Translations under genes and position numbers: made by a program
Shown: positions 36,806-51,515 of the stretch, piece by piece
Position numbering within the stretch: the first letter of the stretch is position 1
Layout of the letters: every line of letters begins with the position of its first letter
From: Selaginella moellendorffii
Lineage: Eukaryota; Plantae; Lycopodiophyta
Assembly (NCBI RefSeq): GCF_000143415.4
Contig: NW_003314464.1
Location: 1-60,688 of the forward strand
Length of the DNA: 60,688 bases
Direction of reading: 5' to 3'
The notes under the pieces: generated by a model
Database searches by the model: none
Told to the model about the DNA's origin: nothing
Seen by the model: only the letters and a program-made list of their open reading frames with translations

Positions 36806-38852
36806 GGTCTGGCTCCACTACTCCATCCTTGATGACAAAGGCAATCCGGGAGACGCAAGGAATGGCACAAGAGATGGTTGCCATGTTTTTGCACAGCTGG
36901 TGATTACAAGGTCTGCTGGAGGTGGCACCCACCAGACACCATTCTCCAGGCTGCCAGAGGAGCAGACATAGACCTCAACACGATTCACTGTAACCAACCT
37001 CTGGCTCTTCTGTTGCACAGTTAGGAACATGCTGGACGTGGGAACACTCGTAGGTAGCACTTGAGAGGTGGCATGCCTAAATTTTTGTACTAGTCCATAT
37101 GGGACATTGGGGAACAGACATATATGTTTCATCAACCTGAGCAAATGCAAGTTTGGAGTCACACAAGGAAGGCTGCTGGTTTTGACATCTTGGTTCAGGA
37201 TATCACTCCTCATGCTGAGAAGTGCATGGAGATCCTATAAAATCCTCCTCCAACATCACTTAAGATGGTGCCCGTTTCTTTTGCTGGTTTATACCAGAGT
37301 TCGCTGCTACCACCCACCTGTTCCAGCAAGGTTGAATTCAAGTATACACCACAAGCAGTCATCAACGTTATGACAAGAGTTGTCACATATTCTCATCCTC
37401 CTCCTTTTGTTAGAACTTGTGCAGTGTCAATTCACTATTGCAGAGTCAACCACATAAAAATTAAAGACCCAACCTGTGTGTTTTGTGGTGAATTGTCTAA
37501 GTGTGTCCTTATGAGTCAGTCTCGCCTTAAATGACGATTTATACGAACGGTTTGTAAGGCTTGCTATTGTGGTCTGAGAAATTAATGGTCGCTTTGATTT
37601 GGTCTCCTACATTTACAAAATTAAAAAGAGATAGCAACACAGAAAAAAGATTGGCTCCAAAGCAATAAACTTACAATCCTCCTCTTCTTCCTCGTGGCAA
37701 CGCTTCACCTGACCTGCTTCTCACCTCCTGAGCACACAGCCTCGATCTTTTCATCACGGAAACAACCATAACACAAAACAGACAAATAGAAAATGATTGT
37801 AGTAGCTATTCGAGGAGCGTGCATCAGAGATGCTTGAGAGCTGGTTTAGCTGTTAGCTCACTGGGTCGCGACCATTTCGGAGATAAATGCGGCATTCACT
37901 TTACCGAGACGTTCATGAGGTTCTGTTCCATGTGATATCTTTGCCATGTCAGATGATTCCCATCTGGCACTGGCTTTTAATGCACTTCCTTGACAGAGCT
38001 TTTGTCCGTGAGATAAAACCTTAGTGCTGTATTCATGGATCTGCACTCTCGCTGACCCGATGCTTGTGGCTCTTATCCTCTTCGGGGCCCTCCTTTGCCC
38101 ACCTTCTTCCGCTGCTGGTCTTCTTTCTTTCCTCCAGCCAAGTGAAAATCTGCCCGTGAGCAAAGATCATGACTGGAAGGTGGATGTGCTTTTTACTCGA
38201 AGGCTTGCCGGACGTCTCGTTGCTCCCTCCTGATTGATGGATGGTCTAGAAATGACAAAGCCTGGGCATTTCCTCCTACATCCCACAATAAAAATGTCTC
38301 CACGTAGAAATTTTAGACATTTGCCTGGCACTCGATGTATCAATCCTGGTCTTCGTTAGGTATTCTTCGAGCAAGCCATCATTTTGTTCCAGCACAGGCT
38401 TGGAAGATGCTCGTTTTCCTCGATCTGCAACCACCGCTTGACAAGCCATGTTTGTGAAATCCTGCCAAAAAAGAAAGAGGAAAAACTAATAAAGAATGAG
38501 AGAACTAGCTTGCAGAGTCCCTGTTAATTTTGTGTTGCGTCAAAATACAGACAGCAGAAGAAGTGATTGACAAAGATGACATGGCATGATGTGGACCAAT
38601 CAGGTCGAGAATCTGCATTTTTCTTGATCAGTCTAACCTCTTTAAAATCACGTCCGCTCTTCCATTTAAGGGCACGGTTTGTACTACGAAGCCGCGGACA
38701 TGGCGGCAGTGGAGGATTTGGGATCTCAAGAGCACTACCACTGGATGCAAACAAGCAAGGCTTACAACTCGGACCCATTCGTGTACCACGTCAATCGATG
38801 GACTAATTGGTATAACAATTCGCACCAAATTGTTTTACATCAGTCACGATCA

Positions 38853-40359
38853 ATGATAAAGCCGCAACCGCATATTATCGTCAATCAAGCATATGGCAAT
38901 CTCATGGCTCCCAAAATTGTGAGCTGAAGCTGCACGCGTTCTATAGGTTTACTAAGCTTTTTTTTATAGGTCCGTTGCTTGGGAGATCCAAATCTTATTG
39001 TTCGTCAAAAGACAATGACCTGGGCCGTGGAGTATCTTAGAATTGCAGATAACCGAGCACGATGCTTCCAAGCAGGTAAGAAAATGATATTTAATGTTTC
39101 ACATAAGTAAATAAATAAATAAATAAACTTGTGAAGGTCTTCTTAAGGTTTTGATGAAGCTTTTCTCGGAGACCGATTCTTACATGCTACAGCAACTGGC
39201 TTTGGCTTTTAAATATGCCGCAGGTGTGATTTTTAGCACACATGTCAATAAGTAATAACTTGCTGTCCCAGAAACTGAAATTGGTGGGCGTCACATGAGC
39301 TACTTGGGAGCAATACAGGGCCTGCTCAAGATGGTAGTCATGTCTCTGGGCTTGTTCTTGTGTAGAGGTTTACTTGTTTTTTTTAGCTCGAATCGGATGA
39401 CAGAATATTGAGAGGAAATGCACTTCAAGCCCTCAATAATGCCAGCAGTTCTCGACTAGGTATGATGAATTTATAAACACCATCTATCACTTTGTTTGTT
39501 CCCTCCGCAGCAAGGGAAGAGATTGTCTATGGTGATAAGACTTTGAAGTTCATTCTTAACATCATCAACTTGGAATATGATAATCGCTGCTTGACTGCTG
39601 GTCTGAAACTGCTGACAAAATGTGTTAGAGGAGGTTTGGATCACAAAGCGACTAATCAGCTCCTTGAAGCCGATGCAGTTATCACTTGTATCCAGCTTAC
39701 GGCATTCTCAGATATTGAAGTGAAAGAGTTGGCAGCTCGACTTTTATGCTTACTTGCGTAGGTTCATATTTTTATAGAAAGACATACGCTGTTTTTTTTT
39801 TTCTTTTTTTCTTTTTTCTTTTTTCTTTTTCTACTTGCACTGTCCTTGACACAGGCTCTCTAAGGATGTTCGAAAAGTGTCAGTTGAGAGGAAAGCCGTT
39901 GCAAAGCTCTTGGAATTGCTAAATGACAATGAGCCAAGTATTGTGCAAGCTGCTGCAGCAGCAGCACTGATGAGGTTTGCAGTTATTCAAGAAAAGTATT
40001 TTCCTGACGCTTCAACATGCAGCCTAACCATTAACGTGGATGCCAAAAAACAGCTCATTGATCATCAAGGAACTTTACAAATTCCTCCATTAATAATACC
40101 ACAGGACGAAGTTCTTTGTCTTAATATTCTTCAGGTTTATAGCATACTATGTTTTACAAGAAACTGAAAATTGTTCATTTTACAGTTGTTGATAAATGTG
40201 GCGGAGAATCCTCATTCAAGAAAAGAACTACAAGAAACAATTCCAGATTTACGTGAAATAATAGAGAAGTCTCCATCCGCTGTCCTTAAAAATTGGGCTA
40301 GATATGGCATCCAGCATCTTTTGTTTAAGCACCGACCATTTACCTGGGCTGGTGTCTAA
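38853..40359 (+). CDS. RSPH14: Radial spoke head 14 (RTDR1)-like armadillo-repeat protein, multi-exon
   Basis: MIKPQPHIIVNQAYGNLMAPKI|VRCLGDPNLIVRQK resembles the RSP14 AYGxxAxPKL...RQKA start. ARM-like exons follow (AVAKLLELL...VQAAAAAALM; SLTINVDAKK; LLINVAENPHSR). Short GT-AG introns; stop at 40359. Confidence 0.72.
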
Positions 40360-41979
40360 GCTGGGGCTTTGGTTCATAATAAAGGTGAACTATCTAGAAA
40401 GAAAACCTTATGATTTGACCAAATAACCAGAAAAATCCAAAAAAAACTGTTCAGTCATAGACTGTAAATGAATGAGATAAGAGTATTTCTTGAATAAGCA
40501 GTAAATTATGTGTGACTTCTTATCTAATGTTAATTATTCTTGGAGTCCTGATGCACTAGAGCAGTACCACATTCAAATAAATAGGGCCACACACAAACTG
40601 TAACATTGATTCACAATGTCCTTTTGTTGCTGAAGCCATATCCTGACAAGGGGCAAATGGAACATCGCTAAAGCTAGATTAAGTTGGGATGCAAAACTAG
40701 ATAGTCAACCCAGGGACCTAGGACCTAAAAAGTTCTAAGTGAGGAGCGAGAGAGAGAGAGAGAGAGAGGAGCGAGGGAGGAGTGTGAGGACAGCAGTAGC
40801 AACACTTGTGCCATGCCATCAACTCTCCTCCTTCCTCCTCTTCCTCCCCTTTGTCTCTTCTCTCAAAAGATGCTTTTCTGTCATTTGGATCTTGATTTCT
40901 CTCAAATGGTTGGGAGTTTCTACAATTCCTTTAATGGGAGGCTTGTAGGAGTGGAGCTTCACATCTGTCTATAATGGTGCAGTGAGATCTGCCACAGATC
41001 TGGAGATCTTGCTGACCCTGTCTGCAGCCAGGGTTAGGGTACTTGGTGCAGGCACAAGAATTACCTGTGGCTGGGATGGATTTCTCCTCCTTCACCACTT
41101 TCTTACCTATCTCTTTTCTCTCTTTTCCTCCCTTTCTTCCACTCTTTTTTGGTTTCTAATTTTTCAAGGCTTATAACGTTGGATCAGCTAGGAATCAGTA
41201 CAAAATTTCATAGAGGGATACCTGTGGGGACTGTTTACATCCTCAGCTCAAGGTCTGGCACAGTTGCAGAGATCTCCCCTACCCAAGGTGGCAGGTAGGT
41301 TTTCGACTAGCAGCCAGGGCTGTTAGCATGGCAGCTGTTTGGTCACCCTAATATACAATTTGCACCTTGGCATGGCAGCTAGTTGGTGGAAACATGTGGC
41401 AGTTGACCTTGCAGTCTCGCAAGTGGAATTTTTCACCCTAGGCCTGGCCATAATGGTGGCTAGGAGGACATGGGGGCTATAGGTTGGATGATCTTTGGTG
41501 CTAGTGTCATAGAAATATGGCCTAATGATGGAGAGCTCACTTTCTTCATTGGATAGTTCAAGGGTTTCTCTCTTGGCACATTCAAAATATTCCTCAAGGA
41601 TGGATATGAGGGGACTTTAGGGGATTTTTGGATCTAGTGGTAGGGATCGCTGTCACAACAATGGAGGGTGGCTGCATAAAAACTGCATCAATCTCGTTCC
41701 GCTTGATTGCTTGGATGTTGGTCTGATTGATATAGAGCTGTATGGTGAAGATCTTTGGAGTTGTGAGACACAAATCCCTAAGCCCCAAAGTGGAGCTGAG
41801 AGGGTGCCACATGGTAGTGGCTGAAGTAGAAGCCAAACAAATGTGATACATTTGGAATAAAAGCTCCCAATTTGAGAAGTCGAGAGCGGGAGTTGAACTC
41901 CCAATGAAGTGCTCAAGGAACGAGTACAAAGCGATCAAGAAGCAAGCTCCTAGAAAAGGGACACAAGAGGACCAACACA

Positions 41980-43480
41980 TGACACGTGGAAGTGTCAGGA
42001 CCAAATCCAAGATAGACCTGAGATGAAGTCTGAGATGGAGTCCAAGTTGGACCCGAGATGAAGTCTGAGATAGAGTCCAAGTTGGACCCAATATGAAGCC
42101 GAGATGGAGTCCGAGATGGAGTTCGAGTTGGACATGACATGGAATTTGAGATGAGTTTGAGAAGGAGTCCAAGATAGCCCCGACATGGAGTCTGAGAAGG
42201 AGCCCGAGAAGGAGTCTGAGATGGAATCCAAGAAGGAGTCTGAGATGGAATCCAAGAAGGAGTCTAAGATGGAGTCCAAGAAAGAGTCTGAGATGGAATC
42301 CAAGATAGAGTTTGAGATGAAGCCCAAGGTTAAGTCCAAGACCAAGACCAAGATCGAGATTGAGACCAAGACCAAGTCAGAGTCCAAGACCAAGACCAAG
42401 ACCGAGACCGAGTCTAAGTTTGAGTCTGAGTCCGAGTCCGAAGGTGAAAGCCCAAAGTGATTATCTTCCAGACCCTGGGGGGTTTGGTGAGCTCCAAAAT
42501 GTATGGTAGGGGGAGGACTTCAATGGAATCAGTTTGGCTAGGAAAGGCCAATGTGACCAAGGAAAGTTATATCTATATGGTGGGTGATGATATAACCATT
42601 GAAGAATCCAAAGCTAGAGTGAACAAGGATGAATAAGTGGGGTAACTTGGTGAAGTGTTCAAGAGTTAGCTCTAGGTACCCCAAAAGATCGAATAGTTGA
42701 TGCTCCCAATCCAAGTGTAGGTAGCATTACCTACTTGGATATGTGGTATAGCTCATCGAAACCTTGCTCTAGCCATATGGCTAGAGAGTAGAATATGTGG
42801 AGAGTACCCACAAGGCTTATGTAAGGCAATGGTGTTTCAAAATGTCATCCCAAAGTCTCGGACTCTAGAAAATAACTGAGAAGTACCCGAGATGGAGTCT
42901 AAGGTCGAGACTGAGATTGAGACCGAGACTGGGACCAGGACCAAGACCGAGACCAAGATCAAGGCCGAGGCCGAGACCGAAATCAAGCCCGAGTCCGAGT
43001 CCGAGGGTGAAAGCCCAAAGTGTTCATCTCCCAGACCTTGGGGGGTTTGGTGAGCTTCAAAAGTATAGTAGAGGGAGGATTCCAGTGGAGCCAGTTTGGC
43101 CAGGAAAGGCTAGTTTGGCCCAAGAGGGCTGTACCCAAGTGTTGGGTGATGGGATAACCATTGGGAAGTCCAAGACTAAAGTGAATATGGACTAACAAGT
43201 GGGATAGCTTGGTGAAGTGTTCAAGAGTCAGCTTTAGTTCCCCTAGGAGATTGAATGGCCGATGCTCCCAGACCAAATATGGGTGGCACTACCTACATAA
43301 ATAATTGGCATGGCTCAATAGAACCTCACTCTAAGCCCATGGCTAGAGCACCCAAAGGCAGAAGGTGGGGAGAGTACCTATGAGGCTTGTGTAGGGCCAC
43401 GGTATTCCAAAATGTTGTCCCAAAGTCTCAAACTATGGAAAAGAAGAAGAGTGGTCCTTTGGTGTAGTGACCAATGATAC
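41980..43480 (+). repeat. Two tandem LTR-derived remnants of the hexamer-array / GGTGAAAGCCCAAAG family
   Basis: Hexamer arrays end at the motif at ~42442 and ~43006; the downstream sequences are homologous to each other and to 10140-10600. Confidence 0.75.
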
Positions 43481-46400
43481 AGTCATGTGAGGAGGAAATC
43501 TCAGAAGACAAGTTAGACACGTGGAGCATTTGAACTAAGTGCAATGGTTGAGTGGCATAGATGCCATTCTTGGGGTTAACAAGTCCCTAAGTCTAGAATA
43601 AGACTTATGGAAGTTGTGAATAAGACTCCTCCAAGTGGTCGAAAGTGTGGGTAAGTGACTAAAGTAAAATTGAAAATTTAGTTGCTTACATGAAGTTGGA
43701 CTAAAGGTAATTAAGATTTAATATTTTACTAAGATATTTTTAAATTTATTAAACTTTATGTGATATTTCATATTGCATATGAAAGAAGAGTATTTAGATG
43801 ATTTGATACTGTATTATTAAAATTACACACACTTACTTTTATTATACAGATGGTATGTAGTGATATAATAGAAAATATAGTTTAAAGTAAAAACTAAATA
43901 AATAGTGACTAAAGAAAAAGATATATTCCATGACTTAAAATAAAGAGTTAAATAGCTTTAGCTATTTTTCTTGTGTATTTATTTATGCTTTTATTAATAA
44001 TCTGATGGTACTTATTAATACATTCATCAGTGAAATTAATCACATTTAGTTGTCAGTAGGCTGAGTATTCATATTTGTGCAATAACTTATAATTTTACAT
44101 ATTTTTTAGATTTAATAATATATGCATTGATATATGAAAAACATAATATGGACATGATTTAGACAACACTAGCACAAGAATAACACAATAAAACAAGCTA
44201 TAATTTAAAGAAATATGATTCATCATCCTAAAAGGATGAGAAACTAAATTCCATGACAAAGTTTATATTTTTTAATATTACAAGATGTATGTAGTTCAAG
44301 TTTGTCCTAAATCCATATATTTTGTAACAATATCATATTTTAATGTACATGAGGAAAAATTATAAGGTAGAATGAATCATCATGTAAGAATAAGTTTTAT
44401 CCAGTGATATGAAGATTTTAAATAAAAGAAAATATTAGTTATTAACTTAAAAATTGAAGTAAAATTTTAAATTATTACATTATACTTTTAGTTCTAATGA
44501 GTTTTAAAGTATAATAGAAGCACAAATATCAGACTAAAATATCTATAATCTCTTATTGTGGCATTTTAAAAAAATGATTGTTATTTAATAGTACATACAC
44601 AATTGTTTTATATACTAAACCAAAAAAAACCTTTATGAGGAAATTAAATAATAGATCATATTTTAAATTTTAAAAATAATAAATCAATTTTTATTTGTAA
44701 TATTAAATTGTGAGTGCATGGAATATGGATATGGAATATAGAAATGTGCATATCCATTAACCCTAATTTTTATACAAGAGCAAGTGATCCATATTAAAAC
44801 CAATCTAATGCCTGTCAAAATCCCACTATACTAATATTAATATATGGCATTGTAGCCGTACACTTGAACACAAAGTTTGTGGTGGAGAAGGGTTGATAAT
44901 GGAAGAAGGCTATAAAGTTGACAGATTCTAGAGCATAGATGCACTGATGAGTATTATAATCTTTTGGCTTAATCTCATTGGAGTATAGGCAATATTAAAG
45001 GGGAAACAAGTCATCTTTCATTAATGTGGAGGTTATTCTTACATTTGATTAATAATGGAGTGGAGCCTTTCTCTTCAATAAGTAGCTGTATTTTTTAATA
45101 CAAAACTAAAAAAGATGAAAAATAAGTGCTCAAGAATTCCTTCATCAAAGTTCTCAAAGTTCTTTTTTAAGAGCTAGATTGTATCATTTAGTCATTTTCA
45201 TTGTATTCATTTTCTACTCAATGGTGCAAAGTTTGTAGCACTTTCTTAAATTCCTGCAGTAAAAATCTTGGTGTTATACTAAACCAAGAAGATTATAACC
45301 ACGTGATACTTGGAAGAGCTAGCAGCAGTGAATATTATTTGATTATTTGCAAAGGTTGTCCCTACTTTAAACACGTCTTGAGTAAGCACACCATTCCCAG
45401 CATTGGCATTTCTAAGATTTGAAACCTCTTGAAGTGGATATGGCTCTAGTTTTATTATTCTTGTTAATCCTTTTGTAACTTAGAGCTTCTCCTTTCTCAT
45501 ACAGGTTGAAATCCCTCTTGTTGAAAAAAATTTCCAGTGCAAGATGTTCCAGATGGAAGAATTCATGGTTTGGCATGATTGATCCAGAAAATTGATGTGG
45601 CATAAATCAGCTGACACTCGCTCTGGATGATTTAATGTGGCTGACAAGAAAATTTAACCAAGATGATAATAATAATAATAATAATAATAATAGTAATAAT
45701 GCCAGATATCTGTCCACTCAAGCTTTTGATTGACTGTGATCTTGTGGAGAGCTATACAAATCAATCATATTCTCATGGCATGTGTCCAAAAATATCTCTA
45801 ACACTGGAAACTAAAAAGAAGGAAAAAGTAAGAAATTAATTTAATCTAAGTTTACCCCATAAAGATAGAAAATGGGGTGCTTACCTTAACCTCACTGGTG
45901 ATTCACTTTACTTGACAAGTCGTGCTCCATTACAGATATCTATGAGGCAGCAGGAGCAAGGATTTCTAGACGATTCTCGATTTCTTTACTTTGAGACTTT
46001 TTCCAAGATTTCTGAAAAGTTAGACTAGAAACTAAGTCAATAACTTACAAGAAGAGCGATGGTGATATAGATCAAGCATAGTCAGAAGGAATGCCACTTG
46101 TTTAAAGCAGCTTGAACATTGCAATCGGCTCCTCTAGGATCTGCTTGGATCATACCTCGGATTGCTCCAGCGCCTCTAATAGATTCATTGCATCTCCCCT
46201 TGGAAAAGTTCAAATGAACAAGCCAGTATCTAGAACTAGTTCCTGGAAAAAAATTGAAGATTATGTTTGCTTTTCCCATTTTTCCAATTTTTATTTTGTT
46301 CATTCAAATTTAGTGAGTTTGGGGAGGGCAGGACGACTTAAGCTTATCATTGAGTTTATTTGGTGGAATGCTTACTATTGAATTCTCTTTAGATGGTTTA

Positions 46401-49400
46401 ATTTTATGTCTCGTAATCTTTTATGGTTCCTATATTCTATTAGTTTATCGGATGATAACTTAATTGGAATACTTTAGTGATCCAATTTAAGATTTGTTAA
46501 TTGATAATTTAGTCCTCTAATAAGATATCTTTGTCTATGATTATTATATTGTGGCACTCTGTATGCATGGTGAAATCTTCAGTTATAGGGTAGCTACTAT
46601 AAATTTGTTATATAACCTGGCTCTCTTTCTCAATGATCCTATTTTTTGTGCTAACCATCACACCAATCAATACAAATAGATCCTAGTTAACAATACTAAA
46701 GGACCCAAGTTGCGAAAGCAAGCATTAGTAACATTCTATTGATATTTCAAATCTAGTAGATCAATAATACCAATATCCATCACACATATCCAATAGGTTC
46801 TATTTTATGGTTGTCTTATGGTAAAACACCATAGGGTATAGGGTCAAAACAATTAGCACTAAATTTAGTATTAAAGGGACAAACAAATGGAATCAATGGT
46901 ACCAAACTTTAATTGATATGGCAGTAAGAGGAGAATATCTAAAAGAATTTGTCAATAGGAAAGTTTTAATACTCATAGTCATATTCATGACAAAGGCCTC
47001 AATAAGCAACTAGGGAGGATCAAGCGCTCTCTGACCCTAAGTGTCAACAAATACACCAAGCTATAGCAAGTAAATGCTACAACCTTTTCTATAATATACA
47101 ACACTCTTTTGTTGTGTCTTTGCCAAAAGTAGAAAAACTCTAAGTTGTTGGTTGGTCTTCTTGTTTCCAAATTTCTTATAGACTTCATGATCACTATCTC
47201 AAGGTCATGATCATCCTTGGCATTGGGTGGGATGACCAAGTTCTAGAGGTACTCTCACTCCAGCTCCTCAGTATGATCAAAGACATTGATGCACACTGTA
47301 TGATGTTGTTTGGCAACTTTATGCTGGATCATCAGTTTAAGACCTTGGACAAAAGCAAGATGACTAGCTTCTTGTCCTTTGTGAGATTTGAAGCAATACA
47401 CACCTTCTAGTGACGTTTGAAGTGCATGACATAGTCTGCCATGCTCTCATTGTGTTGTTGTCAAATGGCGAAATGCTCTAAGTAAAGTTCCTAGTTGGTC
47501 TTCTCACTGCCAAACTTCTTATAGAACTTCTTGATCACTGTCTCAAGATCTAGCCTATCTAAAGGAAACAGAGAATTTGCCCACTCATGCACTGTGGCAT
47601 CGCTTTTAAGTGATGGAGAACATGAAATAGAAGAGCCTCCACAACAAGTTAAATATTGTGGCTTTCATCATAAAAGCCAGTGAAAAAGTGATTTGATTGT
47701 GTGGAGTCTTTCCACTATAAAATCCATAATGAAAAAGTAATTTTTTAAAATGGCTTATTCGAGTAATTTTTATAGTGATTTTTACAATATTTCTTTTGAG
47801 TGACTTATAATAGTGAAAAGTACAGGTAGCCAAGTCAATATTAAAATGGCTTTTAGTGTGGTTTGCAAGAGTGTTCCTCGAATGGTGGCTTTTATTAGTA
47901 ATAGCTTCTTATTATATACATTTGTTATTGCAAACAAAAAGTTCATCACAGCCCACACCGCTTGGATGCCACATGCTCTAACACTGCAAACCTGCACTAC
48001 AAACACTTAGAGCACTAAACAAATCCACTCACCCAGCTGGAAGCCCATGGATGCTCTAGGTGAGTGAAATGTAAAAGAAACAAAGAAGAAAAAAACAAAG
48101 AAAAAAAAAAGAATTCACCATGAAATGAGGATGTGGCATGTCTTGATCATCCCTCCATCTATCCCAACTCCATTCTCTATATCTCAAATGCTTGCCCTGT
48201 GTCTCTGTCTCTCACGCTCTGTGGGCATTCATACAAGGGTTTTGGGACATTGAAAGAATATCTCACTTGAATATCCCACTCTCACTCTCATGCACTAAAC
48301 TCTCTTATGGTGATGAAGCTTCTAATAGGCAACCACAGGAGGATCGAACACTCCTGGTGTGAAGACAAGCCAATGACCTTTGCAAAAACAAGGTGATGTG
48401 GCCAAGAGAAATACCCAAGACTGGTAACTGCTAGAGCAAAACGAGTTGAAAGAAAGAAACAATGCAACAGAAAGAAAGAGTGGAACACACACTAGAAAGT
48501 TAGGAAGGAGGTGTAAAGTTTGGACTTAGAGGAAACCACATGGGAAAACCTGTGAAGTCAAACTGAAACATGGAAACTCACACAAAGAGAGACAAAGAAG
48601 AAGAGTAAAAGAAAAGCTAGGAAAAGGAAGTGCAAACCGTCTGGCTTGGCTCCCACACGTCCCAAAAGTACCTTGTGTCGCTCGTAAGCTTGCTCAAGGT
48701 TCTGAAGGGAAATGGAATGACTGAAGTGAAGTGGATGCATGGATGATGGTGATATGAAGAGGGACGTGGAAGTCGTCATGTCGAACTGCAATGGCAGCTT
48801 CTCAGACGGCCAAAAATTGTCGAAAAATGCCGCAGCAAAGAGATGGTGAAATCCACAGAGTGATAAGCAAAGAGAACAATGTCGGCTGGCAAGTCTGCAT
48901 TGAGACTGTGGTCTGCTATCTGTAGCTAGCAGAATGCCCAGGTCCAAAGAAGAGAGATGCTCCAAAAGTGATAGTACATTGCAGTAACTTGTAACTGGCT
49001 CATCTGGTTTTTGCTAATCATTGTTGCTGCCTGATGAAGTCACAACTTTGTGTCCCAGAGATGGTGTGAAGTGAATGGTAAAAGCATGATAAAATTGATT
49101 GGGGTATCAGCAGTAGTGAATGGGCAATGCCCCTGGAAGTGACTGAACAATGAAAGTATGGAACCTTAAAAAAAACTTGGAGCAAGCACGAGGTTCAGGA
49201 CAAGTGGGATAAATGCAGCCTCAAGACCAAAAACCCAGGCAAATGTCAGCTCAGCTGAGGCCATAAAGACCTTGAAAAGAAGAGACAATGGTGGAAGAAC
49301 GAAACAGAAAAAGAAAAGAAAGATCTCACTGCCGTGCAGGCCTAAGGTGGCGATGGTTGTGGGCATGTGGAAGTTGATGGCCACGTTCATCAGTGAGGAT

Positions 49401-51429
49401 GTAAGCTCCTCCTCCAACATGCGGCTGGATGATGAATAGACCGAGCCATCATGGAGAGAACTGGTGTCCCAGATCAAGATCTTCAAGGTAGACAATGCCT
49501 GGAAATTTAGAAGCAGAGAAAACATTGTTCAAGTTATTACTTTCTGATCATCCCCAGAGGAAATAAGTGAAGAGTTAGGCAGCACACTGAGTACAAGAGT
49601 CACCACATCTGTGATCCATACGCCGCAAATAGTTGAGAACCGTATGGAACTGTTTGCAGGACTTTCCCAGAGGCTGATTATTCAAAGCCAATGTTGTTGT
49701 TGTCCTTGTGTTCTCCACCACATCATATGCAGGAAAGACAAAGACAAATAGGGATCATCATAACAATCTGCTCGAGGCTACCCCACCATCTGGAGATGAT
49801 TCCAGTGGAGTGGTTCCATAAAGCTTCTCGATCTAGGCCCCAAGAACATGTTATATTGAAATCCCTAGCAATGGCACTACCACAGAGAATGCTACCGCCC
49901 CAACTCCATGCTCAAGCCCTGGAAGAATGCGTGAAGCCCTATCTTCCGCCTGCTATGAGAGTTCTAAACAGCACGGGTGGGATTTTTTTTGGTGGGTTCC
50001 TCTTCGCAGTGAATGGATTCTCTTTAGTGAGTGTGCAGTTCCATGTGCTGATATCAGTAGCACTAAAGAGGAGGAAAATTCTGTACTGGGACAGCGAGCA
50101 TAACTGCGAGTGTGCGCTCATATTTACATGATTCTGACTCTGCGCAAGCGTGGAATTTAAGTAAGCTTTTGTGAAAGTGACCGTGAGTGATATGGTGTAA
50201 GGTTTGTATTGCTTACTTGTTGCTTAGTGCTTCAACAGGAATACCGGAGGAGAAGAGACATCTTGCGACAGGCCAACTATAGGCTCCATGGTTCATGTGG
50301 AGTACACAGCCTGATTATGTAGAGGAGCTGTTGATATAAATGTAGAGAAGCAAGGTGACTTTGAGCTTGAACTGAGCAGTGGGCTTGGCCTTGGCCTTCT
50401 CGACACATATGTTACTGTTATGTGTGTTGGTCAGAGTGCTCACTTAGAGCAAAGAGGGAAAGACATTTGCTATTTTTTGTAGCCAGTCAAGGGTAGGAGA
50501 CACCTTATATAAAATGTAGTATTACAACACAAATACAATTGAATCTGGCACCACTTCACTTAATTTGTCCTCAGACATGTGATGCTGATAGTAATTGGAT
50601 TTGTACAGCACCGTGTCCCTGTAGAGAAACGCATGGTCATCATTACCACTTCTAGAGCTGCTGCTCTGGATCACTGCCACGACGTTGAAGCTCACCTTGC
50701 CACTCAGAAATGACTCCAAAGTGATAGAGCAAACCAGGACCTCATCAATCTCTGCTGCTCCTGGGTGATGACGGACCCTGTAAGATCTTCATCCCTGTCC
50801 CTCACACTGCCCTTCTCACCTGGCCGCTACGTACATGTGACTGATCCCAAACTGGTGGAGGATTCTCATGACCTTGATATCTTCTCACTGGTGATGCTGC
50901 TGCTGCTACTGCTGTGATTCCGACTCCAAATCTCCTCTCTCTCTCCAGCCACTGCTGTCGTTGATCAGATAGCGATATGTAGTGGTGCTTAAATTTTGTA
51001 TCCTGGATCCACACGAGAATGACGTGATAGCAAAGAGCAAGACTTACCTGTAGCATTAAGTCGACTCTACCATTGGGACTTCTAGATAGCCTTTCTGTCA
51101 CCATACTGCCGTAAAAAACTGTAACAAAACCATACCCCAACCGAAGAACTTCCTCTAGCTTTGATAGCAAAACTTACAAAGCACTATGTTTACCTGTATC
51201 CCAAGATATTCACTGACTTTCTCCAAAAAGAATAGATATCAGAGGTTCCACTCTGTAATCAAGACGAAAGGATAAATGTAAACACTGCTAACACGGCAGT
51301 ATATTGATACCTGTAAGCGACAGGATCATATGGGTGAAATATGTTCATCATTTGCCTGCATGCTGGCGTTTTTTTCTTCAATGCTTTCATCTTCCCAGTA
51401 CTCCTGACCTGTTCTTTTGCAAACACATT

Positions 51430-51515
51430 CAATTTACCATGGGCTGGTAGTGGGAATTGCAAGAGGTATTGGTATGTAACATCATCGTCTAATCTGGGAA
51501 TTAGTGCTGTTGTTG
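51430..51515 (-). pseudogene. F-box(-kelch)-like fragment
   Basis: ALIPRLDDDVTYQYLLQFP resembles the LIPGLPDDVAxxCLxRxP F-box start; no intact continuation seen. Confidence 0.35.

Noticed and set aside
36818-38480. Minus-strand ORFs upstream of the RSPH14-like gene
   Set aside because: Some splice-like signals, but no recognisable domain or consistent gene model.
49166-49525. Possible kinase fragment
   Set aside because: No diagnostic kinase motifs could be confirmed.
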